Below are positions 16,964 through 26,751 of a stretch of DNA of 64,000 nucleotides, one piece after another. Below the pieces are notes generated by a model. That model searched no databases. It saw only the letters and a program-made list of their open reading frames with translations, and was not told the origin of the DNA. How positions within the stretch are numbered: the stretch's first letter is position 1; each line of letters opens with the position of its first letter. The stretch is taken from the IMG/VR virus record IMGVR_UViG_3300032893_000001, positions 120,954-184,953 of that record; one strand, written 5' to 3'. The DNA is from a virus. A program made the position numbers and the translations under genes.

Positions 16964-17340
16964 CCGTCCAGAGTCTGAAGGTGGAGTTTGCTCTGCGCGT
17001 ACTCCGCGCGTCTCTGCTCGAGCGTATCACTCTTGGAGTCCATGGCGAGAATGAGCGCGTCGGCCTTCGCCAAGGCGTCGGTCACCTTGGCCAGGCGATT
17101 GCGAAGAGCATCGCCGGCGGCGAGCTGCTTGCCAAGATTCTCGATCAGCTTCTGCGCTTCCAATGCGGCTCGCTTGAACTCCTCGATGTACGCCTCTGCG
17201 TTCTTTCGTGCCTGCGCTACTCCCGCCTCCGCGACTTCCGCGCGGCTCTTCATCTCCTCGAGCTCTCGCTTGGTCGTGAGGAGCTCGGAGCGCGCCTCTC
17301 CCAGCTCAATCTGAAGGGATTCGAATTCGGTAGACGTCAT
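16960..17340 (-). CDS. coiled-coil protein
   Basis: heptad-rich 126 aa. Confidence 0.7.
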   Translation of the reverse strand: MTSTEFESLQIELGEARSELLTTKRELEEMKSRAEVAEAGVAQARKNAEAYIEEFKRAALEAQKLIENLGKQLAAGDALRNRLAKVTDALAKADALILAMDSKSDTLEQRRAEYAQSKLHLQTLDG

Positions 17341-17764
17341 AGAACCAGTCTCCTAGCAGTTGGTTGACCGTGTAACGCTCGTTGTTCTCGAGGTCCTTGT
17401 ACATCTCGAGCTCCCGCAAGACTGTCGCCGCAGGTCCGAGATCCATCGTAGCCAGGACATTGACCAGCCCCAGCATGTCCTTCAACGTCATGCGCTCTTG
17501 AGGCGCCAGGGACTCCTTGCCTCGAACGAACTCTTGAAGAGTACGCGTGGCGTCGTAGAGCTCGACGAACCGCCGTCGCGTAGCTCTCAGTGCTCCCTTC
17601 CAGCGTTCTGCCTCGTGCTTCAAACGAGGCGCTGCGACTGCCAGGAGCGCTGCCTCTACTTTCATTTGGGCCTCCTCGCCACCGCTGGGAGGAACATCGA
17701 AGTGTCGGATTTCGATCGTTTCGTTCGTGCCTTCCTCGAACAAGATCACACTAATCTTGCGCAT
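17306..17764 (-). CDS. hypothetical protein
   Basis: MRKISVILF..., GGAGG RBS. Confidence 0.7.
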   Translation of the reverse strand: MRKISVILFEEGTNETIEIRHFDVPPSGGEEAQMKVEAALLAVAAPRLKHEAERWKGALRATRRRFVELYDATRTLQEFVRGKESLAPQERMTLKDMLGLVNVLATMDLGPAATVLRELEMYKDLENNERYTVNQLLGDWFYDVYRIRIPSD

Positions 17765-17936
17765 CTTCCTCCTGTCCGGTTGACACAACGGAGCGCAGCC
17801 GGTACATCTACTTCATCGGTTGTGGAGAGCCTCCTCCACGGTTCGTCTGTTGCTCCTGTGCCTCCTAAGCCCCGGCGTCGTTGGGTAGACGACGACCGGG
17901 GCTTCTTTTTGGGCAGCGCTCTTCTTCCGCGTAGGG

Positions 17937-20900
17937 CTACGTTTTGCTGGGATCGTTCTGCGTAGGAGGAACGAGTCCAAAGCCCGTCGGCACGTTGTTC
18001 GGCGGCTGCTGCTCGATGCTCGAGACGTCGTACTCAAAGTCGGGGGAGGTCGCGCTGCTGATGACGCGGGAGGTCGTCGACTCCTTGCGATCGGTCTTGC
18101 GCACGGGCATGTCGTTGCGAGCGACCGTGCGCATCTGACTGAGCATCGCACCGGCGTACGAGACGCTGTGCATGTCGAGCCCGAAGAAGTCGCTGAAGCG
18201 CCCCTGAAGAAGAATGTCGATGGCTCGGTCGCTGCCCTTCTCCGAGAAGGTCTGAATGAGCGCGTCGACCTGAGTGATCGATGGCACCGAGAACCCGAGC
18301 AGGGCGTATTCGAGCGTTGCTTGCGGCGTGGGAGAGTCCGTCTGAACGAGGATGTACTGAAGCTGCTGAAGCTGCGTGAGCGCCGCATTCACTTGGTCTG
18401 GGGCCGGCGCGGACTCGTTCAGAACGATGTTCGTCAGTCTCTGGAGCTCTTTCGACCAAACCGTTTGGTTCTGAGAAAGGGACGCCCACGTAGCAAGCTG
18501 CTGGGACATCGTCATGAACGCGGCGTACGCCGAGCTGCGAAGGAGCGCGAATGGCGGAAGACTGTTCGTCGAGAGCGCGAAGACCTTCGTCAGAGGCACC
18601 GAGGCGGGCGCGATACTGATCGTGGTCCCATCGACAGAGAGCAGCGGGTAGCTCGCCGTCGGCACATTGTACGTCACCTCGTAGTCCTCGAGGATGTCTC
18701 CGGCGCCGAGCCCCGGAACTGCCACGGGTAGACTGACCCACGAGCTCGTACCAACGGCGGTCGCCGAGCCCGCCCCGAAGAAGAGGGAAGCAGCAACGCC
18801 CGTCAAGGAGATCGCCGAGTTGCCGAGCGTCGACTTCGACGCCACCGTCAACCGCTCCTGCCCCACGTTTCCGGTGAAGAACGTGGCCTGAAGAAGAGGG
18901 CTCTGGGACCCAGGAAGAATCGTGTCGATCTCGAACTCGAAGGGCACTGCCAGCGCCGTCGGGCCGATCGTCTGGACGACGTACGTTCCGTTTTGGATGC
19001 CCGTCGTCACCTGCACGACGTAGCCAGGGCTGACAGCCAGGTTCGGGCCGATTTCGTACGTTGCGGCGCCACCCACCGCCGGCGCGACGCCTGTGGCCGT
19101 GACCGACGTCGACGTGACTAGGGTGATCGTCCACTTCGTGTTGAGGTTCACGCCATCACGGAAGACGAGAACGTCTCCTGGCAGAACTCCCTGCGCCACG
19201 AGGTCGATGCCGGTGACGTTGAGCGTCAGCGTCGTACCGAGCCCAGGCACGACAGTGCCCGTACCGCGTGACTTGTACACGATGATGCGCGCCGGGTCCG
19301 TCGGCTCGCTCCGCATGAGCACGTTGCTGCCGCCGGCGATCGGAACGACCTCCGACGACGCTTGGATGCCCGAGAACGCCTGGTTCAGGTTCGAAGCCAC
19401 CTGACGTGCTGTCGAAGCGCGCGCGTACGCGGTGGCGTCCATGAGCATGCCGAGAACTCCTGCTGCGGGGCTGCCGGCGGAGGGGAGGATCATCTGCGCC
19501 GTGAATGGGCTCGGGCCGACGTAGCTCACCACGACGTACTGGAACCCCGTCTGTCCCTGCGCGGAGCCGACGATGTTCGGGCCGAGCGCCGCAGTGATCT
19601 GCGCGGCCGCGGACGCCGCAGACGTCGACCCTGCGGAGAAGTCCATGGCGTGCGGCGTGCCGTTGACGGTGACGATGAAGTGTCGATTGTCGTCTGTTCC
19701 ACGCACCGTCGTTCCCGCCACGAAGCCGAGCGTGGTGGCCGCAGGACTGGCAGGAATCGTGATACTCGCCGCGCTTCCCTTGTTCGTGTTCGTCGCCGAG
19801 ATGTTCACGTAGTGGCTGCCTGAACCACCTGCGGCCGCGATGTACTGAGAGTTGAGGTACAGCCCCGTGATCGCCGTGTTGATGTCCGCAGCGATCTGCG
19901 CAGCCGTTCTCGCCGGTCCTGCCGTGAGCCCTGCGTACACCGTCGTGCTCACCTTGCTGACCGTGTCGGTCAGAACGAGGATCAGGACGTCGTTCACGCC
20001 GCCGACGATGTTGAACGTCTCTGCGACCGTGCCTGTGGTGGATGCAGCGGTCAGCGCCGTGAAGAGGAAGTTCTCGAGGCCACCTCCCGAGAAAGAAGCG
20101 AGCACCGAGTTGCGGAGATTGATACCAACTGGAGCTCCGCCGTCGACTGCGACGTCGAGAGTAGAGCTCCCCACGATCCCGTACGGCGCGAAGATGTCGG
20201 CCTTGACGATGGCGGGGACAGCAGGGTGAGCTGCATCTGCGAACGCAGGAGCGCTGCCATCGACGAGAAAGATGGGCGCTGGCGTCTTGAAGCTCCCCAT
20301 CTCGCGAAGTGCCGCTCGACTCGTGAGCAGATCGAGGATGTTCAAGCGCAACGTCTCGAGACGATCCGTCGGCGTCATCGGCGTCAGGGACGCCACGATC
20401 GCCGCCACCGTCTGATTCGTACGACTCACGATGCCCTGCGCAGCTACCGCAGGCAGATTGACGGCGGCGTAGTCGTTGAGGGCGTTCTGAAGGTATGCAG
20501 CCTTCGCTTGAATGTCCGTCTGTGCGGAGAGCACGGTAGGCAACAGCGACAAGATCGTGGCCTTCGCCTCCTTCGGCGTCTGCACGACCGTGCCACCCTG
20601 CTTGATGCTCGGTCCGTTCTGCGAAAGGAACGTGTCGAGGTTGGAAGAGAAGCGCTGAAACGCTGGTGTCTTCTCGATGGAAGAGAAGGCGCTCGAACGA
20701 GCCGCCACTGCACTCTGGAGCTCGAATAGTGCAGCGTTCGCGTTAGCCAACGGCGTGATGTTGGTCACAGGCAGCACTCGTCGACCGGTGTTCAAGATGG
20801 CCTGTTCGAGGGCGAGCACGTTCTGGACGTGGATCGTGAGTTCTTCGAGCAGTCGCTGCACGCCGATGGAAATGACGTAGAAGGGCGCAAGCTGGTACAG

Positions 20901-21044
20901 CAGGAAGATGCCCAGCGCTGCCTCTTGAACGTCACTGAAGGTCTGATCGACTCGTCGGACTCCGAGAGAGTCGACGTTGCGTCGAACCGTTGTCTGCGCG
21001 ACCTTCTGTACCGACGCTTGGATCTCGTCGTCCGTGTACGGCAT
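17937..21044 (-). CDS. large virion structural protein (tail/baseplate-associated)
   Basis: 1035 aa, beta-rich G/A/T/S central part with TAAQIAADIN-type motifs seen in sheath/baseplate insert domains. Confidence 0.7.
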   Translation of the reverse strand: MPYTDDEIQASVQKVAQTTVRRNVDSLGVRRVDQTFSDVQEAALGIFLLYQLAPFYVISIGVQRLLEELTIHVQNVLALEQAILNTGRRVLPVTNITPLANANAALFELQSAVAARSSAFSSIEKTPAFQRFSSNLDTFLSQNGPSIKQGGTVVQTPKEAKATILSLLPTVLSAQTDIQAKAAYLQNALNDYAAVNLPAVAAQGIVSRTNQTVAAIVASLTPMTPTDRLETLRLNILDLLTSRAALREMGSFKTPAPIFLVDGSAPAFADAAHPAVPAIVKADIFAPYGIVGSSTLDVAVDGGAPVGINLRNSVLASFSGGGLENFLFTALTAASTTGTVAETFNIVGGVNDVLILVLTDTVSKVSTTVYAGLTAGPARTAAQIAADINTAITGLYLNSQYIAAAGGSGSHYVNISATNTNKGSAASITIPASPAATTLGFVAGTTVRGTDDNRHFIVTVNGTPHAMDFSAGSTSAASAAAQITAALGPNIVGSAQGQTGFQYVVVSYVGPSPFTAQMILPSAGSPAAGVLGMLMDATAYARASTARQVASNLNQAFSGIQASSEVVPIAGGSNVLMRSEPTDPARIIVYKSRGTGTVVPGLGTTLTLNVTGIDLVAQGVLPGDVLVFRDGVNLNTKWTITLVTSTSVTATGVAPAVGGAATYEIGPNLAVSPGYVVQVTTGIQNGTYVVQTIGPTALAVPFEFEIDTILPGSQSPLLQATFFTGNVGQERLTVASKSTLGNSAISLTGVAASLFFGAGSATAVGTSSWVSLPVAVPGLGAGDILEDYEVTYNVPTASYPLLSVDGTTISIAPASVPLTKVFALSTNSLPPFALLRSSAYAAFMTMSQQLATWASLSQNQTVWSKELQRLTNIVLNESAPAPDQVNAALTQLQQLQYILVQTDSPTPQATLEYALLGFSVPSITQVDALIQTFSEKGSDRAIDILLQGRFSDFFGLDMHSVSYAGAMLSQMRTVARNDMPVRKTDRKESTTSRVISSATSPDFEYDVSSIEQQPPNNVPTGFGLVPPTQNDPSKT

Positions 21045-21060
21045 GCCCGTACTGTACCTC

Positions 21061-21108
21061 GGGGCTAAGAAAGAGAGCTAGAGAAGTGGGCGCCCCTGCG
21101 GGCGCCCC
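21061..21108 (-). terminator. hairpin terminator with TTAGCCC tail
   Basis: GGGCGCCC-GCAG-GGGCGCCC then pyrimidine tract ending TTAGCCCC. Confidence 0.7.
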
Positions 21109-21162
21109 GTTGTCATTTGATGCCACAAGGGACGAATGAGAAGGACTGCCATCCTCCATCAT
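21065..21162 (-). ncRNA. candidate small RNA (promoter-terminator unit without a convincing ORF)
   Basis: about 95 nt between promoter 21163-21191 and terminator. Confidence 0.4.
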
Positions 21163-21191
21163 TCTTATCCCTGTGGCACCAAACGATTTGC
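21163..21191 (-). promoter_or_regulatory. promoter GCAA-N19-ATAAGA
   Basis: tcttat 21163-21168, ttgc 21188-21191. Confidence 0.75.
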
Positions 21192-21736
21192 TAGTTGACG
21201 CGGGGCTGCACGATGTTTCGAAGAACTGCCGCCGACTGGCGGAAGAGCTTCGAGAGCTCGCACTCCTTGCGGTCGTGATCGGCGGCCTCGTGCGCCTCCG
21301 CTCCGCGCACCAGATCGTCCGCGATCTGAACGCAGTCGACCGCCGTGAGTCGCTTCGACACGGCTGTCAGCAACTTCGTGAGCTCCTCTTCGAGCTTCTC
21401 GTCCGGAACGGCGTTGCCGCACGCCACGATCATTCCGCGAACGCGCTTCGTCTCCGCGTGTTCGACAGGGCTCGCAGGAGGAGCAACACCGACCGACGCC
21501 GGCGTCGTTGGGATCGGTGCGATACCTAGCGCTCGAAGAAAGTTCAGCGGTGAAGACGGTTGCTCTTGTTGAAGCTCGCCGACCACCACCACACCTCGCT
21601 TTCCGCTCTCCATCATGCGGATGACGTAGCCGTCTTCCGAGAGCTGGTTGAGGGCCTCTTCGAACTTCTTCGTGTAGGTCGTCAGCTTCGTCCCTAGAGG
21701 GACTCCGATGACGCGGAATCGTTTCTTCTCAGCCAT
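21191..21736 (-). CDS. hypothetical protein
   Basis: 181 aa, AAGGAGG RBS. Confidence 0.7.
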   Translation of the reverse strand: MAEKKRFRVIGVPLGTKLTTYTKKFEEALNQLSEDGYVIRMMESGKRGVVVVGELQQEQPSSPLNFLRALGIAPIPTTPASVGVAPPASPVEHAETKRVRGMIVACGNAVPDEKLEEELTKLLTAVSKRLTAVDCVQIADDLVRGAEAHEAADHDRKECELSKLFRQSAAVLRNIVQPRVN

Positions 21737-22181
21737 CGCTGCCTCCTTCGAAATCCTCGACGTAGTGTACCCGTTGTTCCGGCGTCAGATCGGATTCGAA
21801 GACGCCGTAGACATCTTCGACTGACGCCTTCACTTGACCTGTAGCGGGATCGGTTCGGAACTTCCAGCCCCAGAGCTCGCCCTCTTCTCCATAGTACTGG
21901 AGAAAGCTTCCGTCGCGCACGGACGGTGCGAGAAGCGAAAAGAACGCGGCGTAGTGATCCTCGTCCTGCATCTTGCTGTCGGACGGGTACACCCCGCAGA
22001 TGTTGCCCATCTCGTCGTCTGCGTACTCGAAGCCCCAAAGGCGGAGCTCCTCCTCGAGAGACATCGAGGGGCGGTCATCGTCTTTCTCTTTGCGCCATTT
22101 CTGAAAGCGCTCCAGCGCCTCGGCGTGCTTGTCGACCGGAAGAAAGAACTTCAGGTCGGACGCGTAGTAGTGCGAACCCAT
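21729..22181 (-). CDS. hypothetical protein
   Basis: MGSHYYASD..., AAGGAGG RBS; variant promoter GCAA-N19-AAAAGA at 22216-22244. Confidence 0.75.
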   Translation of the reverse strand: MGSHYYASDLKFFLPVDKHAEALERFQKWRKEKDDDRPSMSLEEELRLWGFEYADDEMGNICGVYPSDSKMQDEDHYAAFFSLLAPSVRDGSFLQYYGEEGELWGWKFRTDPATGQVKASVEDVYGVFESDLTPEQRVHYVEDFEGGSDG

Positions 22182-22243
22182 GGATGCCTCCTTTAGGAGC
22201 AAGCGCTCCCGAGGCTCTTTTTCCCTGTCGTACGCACAAGTTG

Positions 22244-22681
22244 CTACTCGAGCGAGACGATATCGCCGGCGTCGAGAAGCGCTGCCAATCCACGCTGCCC
22301 GTTCGTATCAACCTTGATGGACTCGAGATAGTCGGACTCCGTGCGCGGAGGAGGCAGCCGCCGGCGCGTGGGAGGGCGCCCAAGCGTCTGAATGTCTCGT
22401 GCGGTGATCGTGCGCAGGCGCGCACGCACTTCTTCCAGATCGAGCCCCAGAGTTTCGCAGATGCTGATGAAGGAGAACGCCTCGTAGCCGTCGGTTTTAC
22501 GCTGCTGCCAGTGCGGATGTCCGGGAGCTTCGACGAAGAGCCACGTGTACGCCTCGTGCGCGAGCTTGCGGTTCTCGAGTCGTCGACTGTTGCGGTAGAG
22601 AACCCAGTCGTAAGCCGCCCGCCGGACGATCTCCAAAAGGAGTACCCGGCAGTTCACTCCTTCCAGTACGCGATCGTTCAT
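22244..22681 (-). CDS. hypothetical protein
   Basis: A..W.F...FSFISICETLGLD..VR motif. Confidence 0.7.
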   Translation of the reverse strand: MNDRVLEGVNCRVLLLEIVRRAAYDWVLYRNSRRLENRKLAHEAYTWLFVEAPGHPHWQQRKTDGYEAFSFISICETLGLDLEEVRARLRTITARDIQTLGRPPTRRRLPPPRTESDYLESIKVDTNGQRGLAALLDAGDIVSLE

Positions 22682-23562
22682 TGGACGGTGATGGCGAGCG
22701 GGACGCCTTGAATCCCAGGATCGGGGTAGCGCACGATGCTCGTGTTGAAGCGCACCGCTCGCAGATTCGTCGTACCTGGCTTGAATCCACGCAGCGTAAG
22801 CGTTGTCGCCGATGGAATGACGGCTGCGATCGTGGGATCGTCCGTCGACCACTGGACGTCCCCTCCTGCGACGCCGGCGAGGATCTCTCCGTCAGTAGCA
22901 ACCACGGTCGGTGTGGTCACGAAGTCGACGCCGACTTGAATCGTGAAGGGTCCCACCGGATCGAACGTCACGGCGCCGACGACCGGGAAGAGCAGGTCGG
23001 GCAGATTGGCGTTGAGTGCGTCGGGTACGGAGATGACGCGTTGCACGTCCTCGAAGCCTTGGATCGTAACGAGGTACTGACCGTTGCGGATGAGGGGAAC
23101 CTGCAAGTACCCGTGCTCGTCCGTTCGTTCGATCACGCGTTCAGTGAGAACTCCAGCGCCATCGAGCAGCAACGGGTTGAACTGCGCGATGATGTGGCAG
23201 TCGAGATTCTGCGCAGGTCCTCCGGCGACGGTGCGGAAGAAGCCGTAGCACATGCAGAGGCGTGGATCTGTCGACGTCGGCGCTTGGAAGGGCTCCCCGA
23301 CAACAGTGAATGCGTTCGTCGCAGGCGCCTCGAGCACCTGGATGAACTGCGGGTTCTTGATGTTCACCTGCTGCTTGTAGAAGCGCACCTGAAAGGTCGT
23401 GTCGGACGGCAACAAGAACGCGGCGAGCCCATTCGCATCCGTGGTCTGCTGTCCGAAGACCTGCTTGCCGTCTTGGCTGTAGACCTTGACCACGACGCCC
23501 GAGATGGGTGCTGCGAACGGTGTGTTGTCCACAAGGTAGAAATCTACGGACTCGACGCTCAT
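22678..23562 (-). CDS. virion protein with carboxypeptidase-regulatory-like and Ig-like domains
   Basis: PISGVVVKV...TTDANG, TDEHG, VQWSTDDPTIAAV...G.KPGTT. Confidence 0.7.
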   Translation of the reverse strand: MSVESVDFYLVDNTPFAAPISGVVVKVYSQDGKQVFGQQTTDANGLAAFLLPSDTTFQVRFYKQQVNIKNPQFIQVLEAPATNAFTVVGEPFQAPTSTDPRLCMCYGFFRTVAGGPAQNLDCHIIAQFNPLLLDGAGVLTERVIERTDEHGYLQVPLIRNGQYLVTIQGFEDVQRVISVPDALNANLPDLLFPVVGAVTFDPVGPFTIQVGVDFVTTPTVVATDGEILAGVAGGDVQWSTDDPTIAAVIPSATTLTLRGFKPGTTNLRAVRFNTSIVRYPDPGIQGVPLAITVQ

Positions 23563-23798
23563 GACATGCCTCTCGCAGTACGAAGAACGATTCGATCGCC
23601 AGGCTTGGGGATGTAGCTGAGACGAAGAACGACAGAGCTGCCGTCAAGCGTACAGCGCGAGCGCGATCGAAGCCCGACCAACCGCACATCTCGCAGGTAC
23701 TTCGCGAGGTCCTTTCCAGGAACATGGGCCAGCCGGTGAAAGGCGAAGGACTGCCCGTCCGGCTGCCTGTTGGGATAGAAGATGAAGACGTCGCTCAC
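23559..23798 (-). CDS. hypothetical protein
   Basis: 79 aa, ATGA overlaps both sides. Confidence 0.6.
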   Translation of the reverse strand: MSDVFIFYPNRQPDGQSFAFHRLAHVPGKDLAKYLRDVRLVGLRSRSRCTLDGSSVVLRLSYIPKPGDRIVLRTARGMS

Positions 23799-24799
23799 AG
23801 TGATCGTCTCACCGCGAAGTCGATGTTCGGAACCTGCACGACGAAGACATCGTCGCTACCGACGGAGGGGTCGAGCAGATTGAAGGACGTGATCGTCGGG
23901 TCCGTCGGAACGGTCAAGTCTCTCGCGAGCTGCGTTCCTGCAACGGACACGGTCACCTGCGCACCACGGACCAGCAGGAACTCTGCATGACCGTCCGCAT
24001 CCGTGACTACGCGCGCATCCGTCGACGTCATCACACGTCCGTTGATTACGTTACCCTGGAACTTGGAGTAGACGGTCACCTCCCTGTTCTGCACGGCGCG
24101 GCCTTGCACGTCGACGAGGTCGACTGTTCCAAGAACGAGGGAAGAGGGATCGATGCTCCCACCGGTGGTGAGTGTGAACGGCAACGAGAAGTCGCTGACC
24201 GTGTTGTCGATGTCACTCGAGAAGCGTGTCTTGTAGAAGTAGCCCGAACCGCTGTGCCAATCGACGAAGGGGTAGAGCTCCTGCTCGGGGCGAAGAACGA
24301 TGCGAGCGTCTTTGCCGTAGTTCGCCCAAGCGGGGTCCGTCGTCGGAAGTCCGAGCAGCGCGGCAGCATCGGTGGCGAGCACGCGCAGGATGGCCTTGTT
24401 GCCAGCCTCGACGGACTGTACGACGAGCCGCCCATCCATCGTGACGAAGCTGGTCAGCATCCCACGGCTCTGTGCCACGATCTGCGAGGCCGCTTGTGAC
24501 CGAGTGATCGGATTCGAACCGGTGAACGTGACGTCGATATGCGTCGTCTCGTCGATGAGAAAAGAGGCCGTCATGCCGACGACAAAGGCACTCGGACCTG
24601 AAGGAGGGCTAGAAGGAGGGTCACCGACTACGTCGGCGGGCACTCGAGCACCGAGCCACGTAGGAGCAGTGAGCTCCACGTACGGGCCATCGGCACCCGA
24701 GGTGCTCCGCCAGACCTGAAGACGATCGAAGAGCCCGGCCCAGTCCGCCTGAACGGCCCGAAGCTGTAGCTGAACGGCCTGACCTACGATCGTCGTCAT
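23795..24799 (-). CDS. putative virion structural protein
   Basis: 334 aa beta-rich, VTDADGHAEF motif. Confidence 0.65.
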   Translation of the reverse strand: MTTIVGQAVQLQLRAVQADWAGLFDRLQVWRSTSGADGPYVELTAPTWLGARVPADVVGDPPSSPPSGPSAFVVGMTASFLIDETTHIDVTFTGSNPITRSQAASQIVAQSRGMLTSFVTMDGRLVVQSVEAGNKAILRVLATDAAALLGLPTTDPAWANYGKDARIVLRPEQELYPFVDWHSGSGYFYKTRFSSDIDNTVSDFSLPFTLTTGGSIDPSSLVLGTVDLVDVQGRAVQNREVTVYSKFQGNVINGRVMTSTDARVVTDADGHAEFLLVRGAQVTVSVAGTQLARDLTVPTDPTITSFNLLDPSVGSDDVFVVQVPNIDFAVRRSL

Positions 24800-24800
24800 T

Positions 24801-25112
24801 TCAGATCACCTCCTCGACCATACCATCACGACGGAAACGGACCTTGTCCGGCTGCACGCCGAGGCGCGCGGCGACCAGACCGCGAAGCTCGAAGATCTCT
24901 TTCTGGATCTTCTCCTCTTCGCTCTGAATCGCGTCGGCGTCTTTCTTCATGCGCTCCTTGCGAAGCATGAGGTTCTCGGCGCGGAGCGAAACGTTCTCCA
25001 CGCGAAGACGTTCCATCTCCGTCATCGCACCCACGGTGCGCACGTTCGTCGGAGCGGCCGTCTCGACCTTCTCCGGAACAGGAGCCACGCCGTTCTGCTT
25101 GATCTCTTCCAT
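24801..25112 (-). CDS. coiled-coil hypothetical protein
   Basis: 103 aa. Confidence 0.7.
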   Translation of the reverse strand: MEEIKQNGVAPVPEKVETAAPTNVRTVGAMTEMERLRVENVSLRAENLMLRKERMKKDADAIQSEEEKIQKEIFELRGLVAARLGVQPDKVRFRRDGMVEEVI

Positions 25113-25115
25113 GAA

Positions 25116-25328
25116 TCACCCTGCGAGAAAGTTGTCGATCTCGGTGACGGCAAGAGCCGTCACGGCTTGCTGCTGTGCATCGATCAGTTGGCCAAGCCCA
25201 CGCCCTTGTAGCATGCGCGTGAGTTGTGTGACGCGGTCGTTCAACTCCTTCTGTCGCTGCTGCGACCACTGCTGCGTGAGCTGTACGAGTTGGTCGAGGC
25301 GTTGATCTCGCTCTGCTTGCGAAGCCAT
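25116..25328 (-). CDS. hypothetical protein (possibly leaderless)
   Basis: 70 aa; TAGACT 7 nt before ATG. Confidence 0.65.
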   Translation of the reverse strand: MASQAERDQRLDQLVQLTQQWSQQRQKELNDRVTQLTRMLQGRGLGQLIDAQQQAVTALAVTEIDNFLAG

Positions 25329-25343
25329 CGCGAGAAGTCTACC

Positions 25344-25895
25344 TCAACGACGGTACGAAGGAAGCTCCCATGATTCGCGCGGCTGGAACCCCGCGAGTTT
25401 CAGCGAGTCTCGAACCCGACGCAGTTTCCTCGTTTGCTCGGCTCGAATGCATGAGTAGATACGTTCGATTCGTTGCAGTGGCATCCGATGAAAGGGCTCC
25501 GGATAGTCGTCGATGTACTCCCGCTCCTTGATCCGCTCCGATCTTCTTTTGTACGCGTCATTGAAAAAGAGTCCGGCGGCGACCTCGTCGATGCCTGCGT
25601 TGTGAAGAGAGCGTAGCTCGAATGTTCGACGTGCTTTGACCTTCACGAAGTCTCCGGCGTGGTATGACCAATCGTTCGAGACCTTTCGAAGAAGCAGCTT
25701 TGCAAAGAGGTAGCACCCGCGCTCGTCCAAGTTACGCATGTACCCCTCTTGCAACAGGACCTGCGGCGAAACGCAGGAATGGCTCAAGAACCGAACGCGA
25801 CCTCTTTCAGAAACGAAGATCTCGTGCTGTGCCCGCGCGCATTTGACTCGAATGACACGCTCCTCTTTAGGAACTTCTCGATAGCGTCGCTGCAT
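25344..25895 (-). CDS. hypothetical protein
   Basis: 183 aa, GGAGG RBS. Confidence 0.65.
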   Translation of the reverse strand: MQRRYREVPKEERVIRVKCARAQHEIFVSERGRVRFLSHSCVSPQVLLQEGYMRNLDERGCYLFAKLLLRKVSNDWSYHAGDFVKVKARRTFELRSLHNAGIDEVAAGLFFNDAYKRRSERIKEREYIDDYPEPFHRMPLQRIERIYSCIRAEQTRKLRRVRDSLKLAGFQPRESWELPSYRR

Positions 25896-25903
25896 CTGCC
25901 CTC

Positions 25904-25936
25904 CAAAAGAAAAAGGCCCGGCCGAGGCCGAGCCTT
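25904..25936 (-). terminator. intrinsic terminator after sigma gene
   Basis: AAGGCTCGGC/GCCGGGCCTT stem followed by T-rich tract. Confidence 0.7.
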
Positions 25937-25957
25937 GAAGTCTTCCTCTGACGCAGC

Positions 25958-26704
25958 TCAGAGGTACTGCTTGGTCTTCTCTATGATGCTCGACTTGAGC
26001 CGGCTCACCTGAGAGGCGTTCTTACCGATCTTCTTGGCGATGGCCGAAGTCGAAACCACCCGCTTACTCGTGTCGGGGTGGTACACGAGGTCGAAGACCT
26101 GCTTTTCTTCGGGCGTGAGCACGCTCGGAAGAAGGGACAGAACTTCTTGCTCTCTCGATCCGAAACGAGGCATCGGGTCACTCTCGAGTGCAGAGCTCGG
26201 GATGTCTTTGCGAATCGACTTCTGAATCTGTACTACTTTGCGCACGGGGATGCCTACGTACTCGGCGATTTCCTGTGCGGTCGGTGCTCGCCCAAGGTCG
26301 TCCGTCAACGCACCGTGCGCTCGCTGCAAGTTGCCGATCTGGTACGCCGGACTCTCGGGGATGTACGCGCGGTTCTGGTACTTGACCATGTACCGCTTCG
26401 CCTTCTGAATGCGGTGCTGCACGTGCGTGTTGAGCGCAGCGCCTCTCTGCGGGTTGTACGTCTGGAAGGCTTGGATGACGTGGCCGGTGATCTCCGCCTC
26501 CATCGCACTCGGCGTGATGAGCGGAGGAGTCCACTCGCGGACCTTGCTGTTGATCAGCGGCTGGTATGCGTCGAGCAAGGGCTCGAGATGCTCAGGCTTG
26601 CGCCCGCTCTCATTCCACTTGCTCCAGAGATCAAGATCTCGAGCTGCGCGAACTGCTGCCGTCTTCTTCTTCTCTTCGAGCAGCTCGTCAATCGGGTTGG
26701 ACAC
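25958..26704 (-). CDS. RNA polymerase sigma factor (sigma-70 family, group 3 FliA/SigF-like)
   Basis: region 2 (LLDAYQPLI...AFQTYNPQRGAALNTHV), region 3 (LGRAPTAQEIAEYVGI), region 4 HTH (LTPEEKQV...AIAKKIGKNASQVSRL). Confidence 0.88.
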   Translation of the reverse strand: MSNPIDELLEEKKKTAAVRAARDLDLWSKWNESGRKPEHLEPLLDAYQPLINSKVREWTPPLITPSAMEAEITGHVIQAFQTYNPQRGAALNTHVQHRIQKAKRYMVKYQNRAYIPESPAYQIGNLQRAHGALTDDLGRAPTAQEIAEYVGIPVRKVVQIQKSIRKDIPSSALESDPMPRFGSREQEVLSLLPSVLTPEEKQVFDLVYHPDTSKRVVSTSAIAKKIGKNASQVSRLKSSIIEKTKQYL

Positions 26705-26722
26705 AAGAACCTCCTTCGGGCC

Positions 26723-26751
26723 TCTTATCCCGTCCCGACTTCCGTTGTTGC
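26723..26751 (-). promoter_or_regulatory. promoter GCAA-N19-ATAAGA upstream of sigma gene
   Basis: tcttat 26723-26728, ttgc 26748-26751. Confidence 0.8.
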
